This document shows, in pieces, positions 37,079 to 46,166 of a stretch of DNA of 64,000 bases. Within the stretch, counting starts at the first letter, position 1. Each line of letters opens with the position of its first letter. A model generated the notes under the pieces. It was given only the letters and a program-made list of their open reading frames with translations. It did not search any database and was not told where the DNA came from. The DNA lies in the NCBI GenBank assembly GCA_028864975.1, contig JAGWLG010000002.1, forward strand, positions 1-64,000, read 5' to 3'. Position numbers and translations under genes: made by a program. This stretch comes from Thermoplasmata archaeon (GTDB lineage Archaea; Thermoplasmatota; Thermoplasmata; Lutacidiplasmatales; UBA184).

Positions 37079-38224
37079 TCAGCTCGGGAGCGGGGTCGCC
37101 CGCTTGCGGCTGACCAGCGTCGGGAGCTTCCCGAGCTCGGAGAGCTCGGAGGGGCTCAACTGAAGCTGGAGCGCCCCGGACGGAAGCATCCTCAACGAAC
37201 GACGGTGAGGGTCGCCCCGCAGCTGGACCGAGAGTCCCTCGGGCCCCCCGGTGGCCACGAGAGGAAGCTTGGAGCCCTTCCACTGGGTGAGGAGGGTCGA
37301 CAGGAAGGCCTCGAGCGCCTCCCCCTTACCCACCGCGAAGAACGCCTGCTGGGCGACCGACCGTCCATCGGAGCCCAGGAACAGGACCGGGACTGAAGGG
37401 AGCAACTTCGGAAAGCTCTTGGCGGGAGCCGCCGGCGAAGGCTCGCTCGATGCGGGGGGCTTCGGGGGAGCGGCGTGGGCCGCTTCCAGCTCGCCCTGCA
37501 GTCGCGCCGTATGCGACCGGGACTCCGACAGGTCGTGTGTGAGGCGCGCCACCTCGGCCTTTGCCGCCTCGAGCTCCGCCTCCGCTCGGGACCGTGCCTC
37601 TTCGCCCCGCTCCTTCTCGGTCCTCATCGTCTCGAGCTCCGCCTCGCGCGCGCGAAGCTCCTGCTCGGCCTTGTCCCAGCCGACCCGCATCTTCTCCGCC
37701 TCCGCTTTCCCTCCTCGGTGCGCTCCGAGCTCCTGGAGGGTGCGCTGAAGCTCCTCTCGGGAGGAGCTGAGGTCGTTCTCGAGCCGACCGCGGGCGCCAC
37801 GTTCCTCCTCGACCTCGCTCCTCCGGAGCGCCTTCTCCCGCTCGAGGCCCGCGGTGGCCAGGGTGAGCTTGGAGGAGAGCTCCCGCGATTCGCTCGCCAA
37901 CTGCTCCGCATCCCCCAGGGCGGCCTCCCGTTCCTTGACCGCAAGAACGAGCTCGGCGCGAAGATGAGCGACCTCGGCCATCAGGTCGGATAGGGCCAGG
38001 GTGGCAGGTCTCTCGACCAAGGCCCCACCGTCCGACCCGCTGGAGGGGCCCGAAGGGGCGAGCGACACTGGCTCCGTGGCGGAGACATCCTGGGCGAGGG
38101 AGGTCAGCTCTTCGAGCTCCCGCGCGAGAGAGCCCTGCTCCCCATCGGTGGTACCTGCGGGAGGTACCGTGGCTCCCTCCGGCGGGCGAGGCCGGGGCGG
38201 GGTCCGAGGGTCCTCGTCGGGCAT
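37079..38224 (-). CDS. Coiled-coil hypothetical protein
   Basis: Pro-rich N-terminus, long E/A/R-rich heptad region, globular C-terminus. Confidence 0.7.
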   Translation of the reverse strand: MPDEDPRTPPRPRPPEGATVPPAGTTDGEQGSLARELEELTSLAQDVSATEPVSLAPSGPSSGSDGGALVERPATLALSDLMAEVAHLRAELVLAVKEREAALGDAEQLASESRELSSKLTLATAGLEREKALRRSEVEEERGARGRLENDLSSSREELQRTLQELGAHRGGKAEAEKMRVGWDKAEQELRAREAELETMRTEKERGEEARSRAEAELEAAKAEVARLTHDLSESRSHTARLQGELEAAHAAPPKPPASSEPSPAAPAKSFPKLLPSVPVLFLGSDGRSVAQQAFFAVGKGEALEAFLSTLLTQWKGSKLPLVATGGPEGLSVQLRGDPHRRSLRMLPSGALQLQLSPSELSELGKLPTLVSRKRATPLPS

Positions 38225-38413
38225 GATGCCTACCACCTGGCGCAGTCCTTCGCCAGGGCGGTCCTTCGGCTTAAACCTGGGGGGAGGGCGCCGCCCCCCT
38301 GCCGGGCACGGATGCGGTGGACCCCGGTTCACCAAGGGCTCTTGGGGGACGGGCCGGGTAGTGTCCCTCGAGGGAGGTTCGCTTCAAGGGCTCCCCCTCG
38401 GGAGGATGGGTCG

Positions 38414-38788
38414 ATGATGGAGCATCGTCATCTGATCGTGGGGAGCTGGTACGAGAACGGCCCTCCCTCCCGCACCGTCGAGGTCGTTTCGGAGGTGCTC
38501 TCCCACGTACGGGACCCCCCTCCAAGGGGAGAAGGGTCCCCCCGTGGGGGATTGCTCTACCGGGAACGCACGTTGTACCGGTGCGAGGGCGACAGTCCCT
38601 TCGCGGTCCACACCCTCGAGGAGTACGGCGACGATCCGCCGCGGAAGGTGGGGCTTCTGCAGCGCTACGCGTCCTGGGGCGAGGTGCTCGGGGACCACCC
38701 CGACCTCGCCCAGCGCGTCGCGGCGAACCTCCACCGGGTCGCGCGGTCGTCGTCGGCTCCTCGGCCGTTGGCGGATGCGGCCGCATAG
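38414..38788 (+). CDS. Hypothetical protein
   Basis: 124-aa ORF with protein-like composition, preceded by GGAGG; divergent from the coiled-coil gene. Confidence 0.6.
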   Translation: MMEHRHLIVGSWYENGPPSRTVEVVSEVLSHVRDPPPRGEGSPRGGLLYRERTLYRCEGDSPFAVHTLEEYGDDPPRKVGLLQRYASWGEVLGDHPDLAQRVAANLHRVARSSSAPRPLADAAA

Positions 38789-38884
38789 CTCTCTCCGGGA
38801 CCGCGGCCGCGGGAGGTCTCGGCCCTTCAGTCGATTGTCTGGGTCGGCCCGTCGGAACGGATGCGCGGGGGGGCGGAACCCGCA

Positions 38885-39427
38885 TCAGATGATCTTCGCG
38901 TGGGTCGCGTTCAGCGGTCGGAACCCTCGCTTCGCATAGAAGCGTGCGGCGATCTGGTTCTGCGCGGGGAACTCGGCTGTGACGATGCCCGCCCCCTTTT
39001 CCTTCAGGATCCGGACCGTCTCCGCCAGGAGGTACTCTCCCACGTTCTTACGCCGGAAGGCCGGCAGGAGGTAGATGTCCAGGATGACCCCCTCGACCTC
39101 GGGCGTGTAGAAGATCCGGTCGCGCAGCGCGGCCCGAACGACCCCGACGACCCGGCCCTGGTCGGGCCCCGTCCCTTCACCGGCCAGGACCAGCATCTTC
39201 GGGTCCTTCACGGCGGTTTCCAGCACTCGCGTCGCGTGCGCTTCCGCGTCCATACGGACCTTGAGCAACGGGTCGAACTCCTCGTTCAGGCGCTTGAGCC
39301 GGACCAGAAGCCCGGCGAGCGCGGGGACGTCCTCCGCCTGCGCCGGTCGCACCGTGATGCGGTGGGCGGTCTCCTTGTGGCCCGCGGCGGCCTCCTCGAT
39401 CAATCTGGCGGCTTTGCTGTCCGACAT
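38885..39427 (-). CDS. GNAT family N-acetyltransferase
   Basis: DIYLLPAFRRKNVG, NQIAARFYAKRGF. Confidence 0.88.
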   Translation of the reverse strand: MSDSKAARLIEEAAAGHKETAHRITVRPAQAEDVPALAGLLVRLKRLNEEFDPLLKVRMDAEAHATRVLETAVKDPKMLVLAGEGTGPDQGRVVGVVRAALRDRIFYTPEVEGVILDIYLLPAFRRKNVGEYLLAETVRILKEKGAGIVTAEFPAQNQIAARFYAKRGFRPLNATHAKII

Positions 39428-39503
39428 CGTGTTTCGCTCCCCCACCCTTCGCACGCTCCTCGCTGCTCTTCTCCTCGCTTTCGTGGGTGAACTTCGATGG
39501 TCC

Positions 39504-40940
39504 CTAGTCGCTCTCCTGCCCCGGCATCGGGGGCAGCAAGCCGTTCTTCATGAGGACGCGGGAGAGCTCCTTGGGTCGGGCCATCCGCGACTGCGCGAGC
39601 TGGAGGAACTCCTCCTTCGTGCGCTTCGCTCGGGCGATGCCGAGCTCCACGGCCTTCGTGGCCACCGAGGCCGCGACCTCGGGAAAGACCCCTTCCTCGG
39701 CCATCGTGGGGAGGATGTGCTCTCGCGTGAGCCCCTTGACCTTCGCCTGGCGGGCGAGGGCCTGGGCGGCCTCCAGGGCGAGCACGTCGGGGATCCCCTT
39801 CGCGTGGGCGTCCAGGATCCCTCGGAAGACCGGGGGGAAGATCAGCGAGTTGTTGACCTGGTTCGGGAAGTCGCTCCGCCCCGTCGCGACGATCGCCGCG
39901 CCCGCGTCCCGCGCGACATGCGGCCAGACCTCGGGGTCGGGATTGGCGAGCGAGAAGACGATGGCCTCCGGGGCCATGGTCGAGATCCAATCGGGCTTGA
40001 CCATGCCGGGCTGGGGGGTCGAGGCGGCGATGAGCACGTCCGCCCCGCGAAGGGCCTCCTTGAGCCCCCCTTGGGTCCGGGCCTCGTTCGTCGTCAGCGC
40101 GAGCTCGTACTTCCATCGGTTGCGGAGCATGAGCTCGTCGATGTCCTCCCGCTCCGAGTGCAGGATCCCCCGGTGGTCCACGACGGTCAGGGCCCCCATG
40201 TCGCAGTTGAGCGCCTTCAACAGTCGGGCGGTGGCCAGGTTTGCCGCCCCCGCCCCCAGGAGGACGATCCCCGTCTGCCAGATCTTCCGGCCCGTGAGCT
40301 CGAGGGCGTTCAGGAGGCCGGCGACGGTGGCGGCCGCGGTGCCCAACTGGTCGTCGTGCCACACAGGGATCGAGAGCGAGCGCTGCAGGTCGTCCAGGAT
40401 CTGAAAGCACTTGGGGCTCGCGATATCCTCGAGGTTCACCCCGCCCAGGGCAGGCTCCAAGCGCTGGACCGTGGCGACGATCTCTGCCGGGTCCTTGGTC
40501 CGGATCGGGATCGGGAAGGCGTCGACCCCACCCAGGTACTTGAACAGGAGCGCCTTGCCCTCCATCACCGGGAGCGCCGCCTCCGGTCCCACGTCGCCCA
40601 GACCCAGGACCCGCGAACCGTCGGTCACGATGGCGATGGTGTTCCATCGCCCCGTGAGCTCGAAGGCGAGCTCGGGGTCCTTGTGGATCTGCCGCGAGAC
40701 CTCGGCGATCCCCGGGGTGTACCAGTACGAGAAGTCCTTGAGGGTCCGCACGGGGACCTTCGGGATGACCTCGATCTTCCCCGCGAAGTGGCGGGCGAGG
40801 TCGACCGCGCGTTCGGAGAGGCCCCGCGTCTCCTCCTCGGCCTCCCGGGAGCGGGCCTCCTCGAGCTCCTGGTCCGTCTTGCGCCCGCCTTCCTCGACCC
40901 CGGGGCGGGAGCGGGGGAGGACTTCGACCATGAGGGCCAC
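39504..40940 (-). CDS. NAD(P)-dependent malic enzyme
   Basis: YTPG, TDGSRVLGLG, PVMEGK, NLEDI, WHDDQLGTA, GAGAA, ATGRSDFPNQVNN. Confidence 0.95.
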   Translation of the reverse strand: MALMVEVLPRSRPGVEEGGRKTDQELEEARSREAEEETRGLSERAVDLARHFAGKIEVIPKVPVRTLKDFSYWYTPGIAEVSRQIHKDPELAFELTGRWNTIAIVTDGSRVLGLGDVGPEAALPVMEGKALLFKYLGGVDAFPIPIRTKDPAEIVATVQRLEPALGGVNLEDIASPKCFQILDDLQRSLSIPVWHDDQLGTAAATVAGLLNALELTGRKIWQTGIVLLGAGAANLATARLLKALNCDMGALTVVDHRGILHSEREDIDELMLRNRWKYELALTTNEARTQGGLKEALRGADVLIAASTPQPGMVKPDWISTMAPEAIVFSLANPDPEVWPHVARDAGAAIVATGRSDFPNQVNNSLIFPPVFRGILDAHAKGIPDVLALEAAQALARQAKVKGLTREHILPTMAEEGVFPEVAASVATKAVELGIARAKRTKEEFLQLAQSRMARPKELSRVLMKNGLLPPMPGQESD

Positions 40941-41075
40941 GACCCGAGCCCCCGTCAGGGGCGCGCGCCTAGGGATGGCCGTGGGAGACGAATAAAACGT
41001 TGGTGACGGGATTGGACGCCGCCGTCGGACCTAGGCTTGAAGAGCCCCCGACGGCATCCGTGGTCCGCGGGGTCA

Positions 41076-41675
41076 ATGCCGGCGGATTCGACGCTGCCTG
41101 CGACAGCGCCTCCGGCGCCACTTGCCCTCCCCTTCACCGCCCGCGACGCGCGCCGCGAACAGCTCCAGCGAGAGTACGAGGAGGCCGTCGCCCGCCTTCG
41201 GCGGGTGCGCCAGTACCGCTTCGTGATCTATGGCGAGGTCCGCCGTTGTCTCGCCGTCCTGGGCGACCAGGCGAGCGAGCTCGTCGGGGGCGAGAGGTAC
41301 GAGGAGCTCAAGCGTGAGAGCGAGATGCTCTCGACGGACCCCGTCCCGATCGAGGGGATGGAAGGTGAGGAGCCCCTCACGGACCCGGCCCTGGCCTGGA
41401 TGGAACCGGAATCTCTGCCGGAGGCGGTGGAGGGGCCACCCTCGCTCCCGCCCGCCCCTAGTTCGGAGGAGACGGGCCACGCGGCGAGGACCCTTCGGGA
41501 GTGCCTGGAGTACTTGGATGCCGCGGACCGCTCGATCCCGGAGTTCCACGTAGCGATCCTGCAGGCCGAGGCACGTCTCAAGGAGCTCGGCGAGACCCCG
41601 ACCGTCGCCGTCGAGGTCGTGACCAGCCCGGTCTCGCCCCCCCCGACGACCGCGCCGCCAGCTTCGACCAGCTGA
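41076..41675 (+). CDS. Hypothetical helical protein
   Basis: Helical and acidic; co-oriented with and 66 bp upstream of the HD-domain gene. Confidence 0.6.
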   Translation: MPADSTLPATAPPAPLALPFTARDARREQLQREYEEAVARLRRVRQYRFVIYGEVRRCLAVLGDQASELVGGERYEELKRESEMLSTDPVPIEGMEGEEPLTDPALAWMEPESLPEAVEGPPSLPPAPSSEETGHAARTLRECLEYLDAADRSIPEFHVAILQAEARLKELGETPTVAVEVVTSPVSPPPTTAPPASTS

Positions 41676-41741
41676 GCGCGCCCTTCCCCCCCGTCGCCCT
41701 CGGGTTCAAGTGGCCTCCCCTCTCTCCGCGACGGTCCTGCC

Positions 41742-43712
41742 ATGGCCTCGCGCTCTGCCTCCTATCTCCGGGACCCGATCTACGGTCTGGTCCCGCTCTC
41801 GCCGGGGGAGGTCGACCTCCTCGGTATCCCCTTGCTGACCCGCCTCAAGAGCATCCGCCAGATGGGTTTCGCCTGGTCGATCTTCCCCGGGGCCAATCAC
41901 ACCCGTTTCGAGCACTCCGTGGGGGTCATGCACGCGGCGGGTCTCCTCGTGCGCGACCTTCCGGGGTTCGACGAGCGCCGTACCCGGATGGTCCGGCTCG
42001 CCGGCCTCCTGCACGACGTGGGGCACCCTCCGTTCTCCCACACGCTCGAACTGGCCGCGAGGCTCTACGGAAAGGAGGTCAACGCCCCCGAGCTCTCCGC
42101 GCTCTCCTCCCATGAGGCGGTGACGGAGCGCCGTGTCGCGACGGACCGAGACCTGCGCGAGGTCCTGGAGCGGCACGCGGAGTTCCGGGAGATCGACCCG
42201 AAGGAGCTGGCCACCCTCGCCGTGGGACGCCACCCCGACACGTCAATGAGCCTGATCGTCCACGGGGAGATCGACGCGGACCGCATCGATTACATCACGC
42301 GCGACAACCTCCACTGCGGGTTCCCCTCGGGCCTCGACATGCACGTCATCCCCTCCCTCTTCCTTCGCCGGGAGGATGGGGAGATCGTCCTCAACGAAGA
42401 GCGGGCCTACTTCGCGGAGCAGCTCCTGCTTGCACGCCACCATCTCCAGGTCAAGATCCACGACGAGCCCAGGGACCGGCTCGCGGACCTTCTGCTGGCT
42501 CGCGCCCTCCGGGCCTTCTTCCTCATCGGCGAGAAGGTCCGTCGGAAGGAGTTCACCCGCATCGCAGAGATGGCCGGTGACGCCGAGCTCATGGCGCTCC
42601 TGCGCGCCTCGGTCCCCGAGGAGACCGCGGAGCTCGAGGCGTTGCTCGCCGGCCGACCGACGTGGAACGAGCTCGCCGAGATCTCCTTCCCCGAGATCTC
42701 CCCGCCCGCCAGGTACGCCGTCAGCCTCCTGCTCTCGGAGTCCCACCGCGACCTTTCCTCGCGTCTCGCCTCCACCCTCGGGGAGTGGTTGGGGACCGAC
42801 GTGATCGCGGACGTGTGGGGCGCGACGCCCCCCGGGGCGTCGCTGCGAGCCGCTGCCCCGGACAGCCCCCGTCCCCCGGTGCCCCTGACCTCGCTTCCCC
42901 TGATCCGCGGCACGGTCGCCGCCACCCATCGCGCCATGGGGGTGCGACTCTACGTTCGGGCGAAGGGGCCCTCGCCCAAGCTCCTGCTCCCTCGGGCCCA
43001 CGAACGCTACGCTTCGCGTGTGGACGCCGGGTTCGACCTGCGGAGGGCGAAGAACTTCCACGACCGCCTCTCCAAGGAGGAGGCCCAGGGTTTCATCGTC
43101 TCGCTCGAGCTGGAGTCCGCGCTGCTCGCGACCGTCTTGGACGCGCACGCCGGGAGGACCTTCACGCCCGATGCCGCGCTCCTCATGCTGAGCGCACTCT
43201 TCGAGGCGTTCTCGGCTCCCCCCCTTGAGGAGGTCCGGGTCTACCTGGAGGGGGAGACCGGGTTCGCGTCGATCGCCCGGGCCTCGCGCCTACCCGACCG
43301 CTGGAAGGAGCTGCTCGGCTCCGCGTTCCCGTATACGGTCCCCCTCGAGGAGGGCCCACGTCCGACCGTCCTCTCGCGTCCCGACCCGGACCTGGAGGCC
43401 GACCTGGACCGTCTCGAGGCCTTCGGCCTTGTGGTTCGCCTTCCTCGTGAGGAGCGGCGGGGCCGCCACTTTGCTTCGCTCGACCGATATGCGCTCGCGG
43501 GATGGGGGCGGGGGCTCGTCCGACAGCTCCTGCTGCGTGACGAGCGGCTCTCGAAGCTCCACGCCGAGGTCACGAGCGCGCTCTCCCACCTCGTGGCCGA
43601 GAACGAAGAGGTCTTCCGCGCCTTCTTCGGACTCGCTGGCCGTAGCGGGGCCGCCGCGAAGAAGGCCCGTCGCGGGAGCCGAGGGGAGCTTCCCCTACCG
43701 GTCAGCCGGTGA
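41742..43712 (+). CDS. HD-domain phosphohydrolase (YwfO/SAMHD1-like dNTPase type) with long C-terminal extension
   Basis: LRDPIYG, RLKSIRQMG, HTRFEHSVG, LLHDVGHPPFSH, IDADRIDYITRD. Confidence 0.88.
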   Translation: MASRSASYLRDPIYGLVPLSPGEVDLLGIPLLTRLKSIRQMGFAWSIFPGANHTRFEHSVGVMHAAGLLVRDLPGFDERRTRMVRLAGLLHDVGHPPFSHTLELAARLYGKEVNAPELSALSSHEAVTERRVATDRDLREVLERHAEFREIDPKELATLAVGRHPDTSMSLIVHGEIDADRIDYITRDNLHCGFPSGLDMHVIPSLFLRREDGEIVLNEERAYFAEQLLLARHHLQVKIHDEPRDRLADLLLARALRAFFLIGEKVRRKEFTRIAEMAGDAELMALLRASVPEETAELEALLAGRPTWNELAEISFPEISPPARYAVSLLLSESHRDLSSRLASTLGEWLGTDVIADVWGATPPGASLRAAAPDSPRPPVPLTSLPLIRGTVAATHRAMGVRLYVRAKGPSPKLLLPRAHERYASRVDAGFDLRRAKNFHDRLSKEEAQGFIVSLELESALLATVLDAHAGRTFTPDAALLMLSALFEAFSAPPLEEVRVYLEGETGFASIARASRLPDRWKELLGSAFPYTVPLEEGPRPTVLSRPDPDLEADLDRLEAFGLVVRLPREERRGRHFASLDRYALAGWGRGLVRQLLLRDERLSKLHAEVTSALSHLVAENEEVFRAFFGLAGRSGAAAKKARRGSRGELPLPVSR

Positions 43713-44240
43713 AAGGAGCGAACCCTCGTCCGCGAACCTCCGGGCGGCGATCCTCAGCGATCCCCAGAGGACCAGCGCGGCAAAGGCGTAGAAGGCAAGG
43801 GCATACCTGCCCAGGTCGTACTGCACGGCGGGGGAGATCGATGCCAGAGCGGCCCCGGAGATGAACAGGGCGAGGAGGGTCGGCACGAGCGTTCCGCAGC
43901 AGAGGGAGGGGAGCAACCCTGCGACAAGCGCGGCGAGCGGCCCTCCCTTCGGGGCCCGACCCGGGCTCGCGCAGCTTGGGTGCCGAAGGAGAAAGAGGTT
44001 GACCAGGAAGACTAGGGGAAGCAGGAGTCCCATGAGGACCGCGAAGCCGGCCTCCTCCGGCTCGATCTCCCCCAATGCCCAGGGGGCGAGCGTCCCCAGG
44101 CGGAGGCCGGGAAGGAGGAGGGCGTAGGTGATCCCGACCAACGGAACGCCCACCGAGTAGCCAAGCAGGTAGCTCCGTTCGCGAAGCACGCGCCGCACCG
44201 CGAGCACTTCGGGGAAGCGGCGACGCGCGGGAACCGCCAT
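43695..44240 (-). CDS. Membrane protein with Cys-Cys motif
   Basis: About four TM segments; HPSC and PSLCCG motifs. Confidence 0.7.
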   Translation of the reverse strand: MAVPARRRFPEVLAVRRVLRERSYLLGYSVGVPLVGITYALLLPGLRLGTLAPWALGEIEPEEAGFAVLMGLLLPLVFLVNLFLLRHPSCASPGRAPKGGPLAALVAGLLPSLCCGTLVPTLLALFISGAALASISPAVQYDLGRYALAFYAFAALVLWGSLRIAARRFADEGSLLSPADR

Positions 44241-44250
44241 CGCCGGGCCC

Positions 44251-44967
44251 TCAGGTGCCTTGCGCTTCTTGGAGCGCGGCCGGGAAGGAGGCGGGGAGGT
44301 TCGTCCCCGTGTCGATCACCGTGCCCCCGGAGTTGATCACATAGTACGCGTCCATGTAAGAATCCGGGTTGTAGGTCGTCGTTCCGCCGGAGGAGCCCGC
44401 GCCCAGCACCCAGAGGGGGCTCGCCACGTACCCGTTCTGGGAGGCGAAGGAGCTCAAACTGGGACCGGGCTGTCCCAGGTCGTTGTAGGACTCCACCTCG
44501 AGCAGCGTGATCCCTGCCGAACCGTATTGAGCGGCGTAGTTCGTCGCGAAGTATTGTGTGCCTTGCCCGCAAGTGCTGCAGTAGGTCGCGACCCACCAAA
44601 GTACGATCGGGTGGCCCTCGTACGCGGCCAGCTGGTGGTTGTTCCCTGAAAGATCGGTGAAGGAGAAGTCCGGGGCAGTCTTGCCGACCTGGGCTTGGGG
44701 CAATCCTGAGGGGGGCCGCACGAGGACCCAGGCCAGGACAACGGCCAGGAGGACCGCGACCCCCACGAGCACCCACGCCCTCCGTGAGCCAGGGACCTTC
44801 CACGGGCGCCTCGCACGTGAATCGTTCCGCGACGGGCCGTCCGCCTCCTCCTCCCAGGTCTTGCCGGGGTGAACGTCACGGATATGACCCCGCAATCGGT
44901 CGCGCCGGACCGAGGAGCGGCAATGCGGGCATCGAGCGGTCGTTCTTGCCCTAGGTCGCTCCCCCAT
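44251..44967 (-). CDS. Membrane-anchored TlpA/redoxin-like protein with N-terminal C2H2-like zinc finger
   Basis: CPHC...HIRDVH, then one TM segment, then APDFSFTDLSG and WWVATYCSTC (CxxC). Confidence 0.8.
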   Translation of the reverse strand: MGERPRARTTARCPHCRSSVRRDRLRGHIRDVHPGKTWEEEADGPSRNDSRARRPWKVPGSRRAWVLVGVAVLLAVVLAWVLVRPPSGLPQAQVGKTAPDFSFTDLSGNNHQLAAYEGHPIVLWWVATYCSTCGQGTQYFATNYAAQYGSAGITLLEVESYNDLGQPGPSLSSFASQNGYVASPLWVLGAGSSGGTTTYNPDSYMDAYYVINSGGTVIDTGTNLPASFPAALQEAQGT

Positions 44968-45107
44968 GATCGGCCCAGGTGTCACCAGCAACGAGCAGAA
45001 GAAGCCGTTTTCCTCTGCGGACCCCACCCGACAGCGCCCTGCCCCCCCCGTTCCCCGACCGAGGCAGGAGGGTCCGTCCCAGGAGCGCTCATCGCCTCCT
45101 CGAAGGA

Positions 45108-46157
45108 TCAAGGGTGGGTCGCAGAAGCTCGGGGTAAGGCCCTTGGCTCGGCGGGGGACCCGGTCTCACGCCGACCGGACCCACACACCGGAAGTCCTTC
45201 GTAGGCATCGATGCGCTCTGGCACGCGCTGCCATCGAACGTGGTCGTGTCGAGACAGGAGGCGGTCCCCGACAGAGAAGAGGAAGGCGGCGGTCTCGATC
45301 GAGGCCAGGAAGAAGAGGGAGCGAAGACCCCGAGGTCTTACGAGCGTCGTTCGGAACAGGAGCCGTAAGGCCTCCCCGGGCGATGCTCGGGCGAACCGGG
45401 GGAAGGTCGAAGGCGGCAGGCCCACCGCCGCGGCTACCTGGTGGTGTCCGAAGAGGATGCGACGCCGTTGTACGAGGTGGTCGCGGAAATTCCCTGGCAC
45501 GCTCAGCGCGACCTTCGCTGCGGGCGCGTACCGAAGCGCCCCTCCGGCCCTCGAGATGCTGGCCGCGAGGTACGAACCGTCGTTGATGGTCCCCGGAGGG
45601 AGGGCGGGGAGCGAACGCGTGGACAGGAGCATCAGCTCATCCGATAGGTGGGTACCGCGCGCCGTGCCGAGCAGTCGAAGGTGGAGCTCATGGTGCAGCT
45701 CCCAAAGAAGGGAGAGGGCTTCGAACAGACGGCCCGTTCCTTGGGGTGGCACGGGTCGCGCCATCGCGCCAAAGGGGGGCGCGAGATCGGTCGTAACCCG
45801 GAGCAGGGCCGCAATGGCCCCCGGCTCCGCGCGCGCGTCGCCGTTGAGGAGGACGACCCTGTCTCCGCGCGCACGCGCGAGGACCTGCCGGATCGCCGCG
45901 GACTTGCCCTGGCGGTGGTGCTCGACCACCAGGTGCACCCTAGGGTCCTGCCGGGCGATCTCCTCGACGATCGGCACGGTACGGTCCGTGCAACCGCTGG
46001 CCACGACCCAAAGGTCCGACCAGGCGAAACCCCGCGGCAGTTCCTGAGCGAGGAGCGATACGATAGCTCCCCGGATGGTCCTCTCCTCGTTGCAAGCGAC
46101 CACGCCTCCCGAAAGGTCGGTGTTGGGGGTTCGAGCTCCAGGTCCCACAAGATGCAT
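45108..46157 (-). CDS. Glycosyltransferase family 2
   Basis: GVVACNEE, VVASGCTDRT, QGKSAAI, LLNGDA, INDGSY, QRRRI. Confidence 0.88.
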   Translation of the reverse strand: MHLVGPGARTPNTDLSGGVVACNEERTIRGAIVSLLAQELPRGFAWSDLWVVASGCTDRTVPIVEEIARQDPRVHLVVEHHRQGKSAAIRQVLARARGDRVVLLNGDARAEPGAIAALLRVTTDLAPPFGAMARPVPPQGTGRLFEALSLLWELHHELHLRLLGTARGTHLSDELMLLSTRSLPALPPGTINDGSYLAASISRAGGALRYAPAAKVALSVPGNFRDHLVQRRRILFGHHQVAAAVGLPPSTFPRFARASPGEALRLLFRTTLVRPRGLRSLFFLASIETAAFLFSVGDRLLSRHDHVRWQRVPERIDAYEGLPVCGSGRRETGSPAEPRALPRASATHP

Positions 46158-46166
46158 GGGGTCCCC

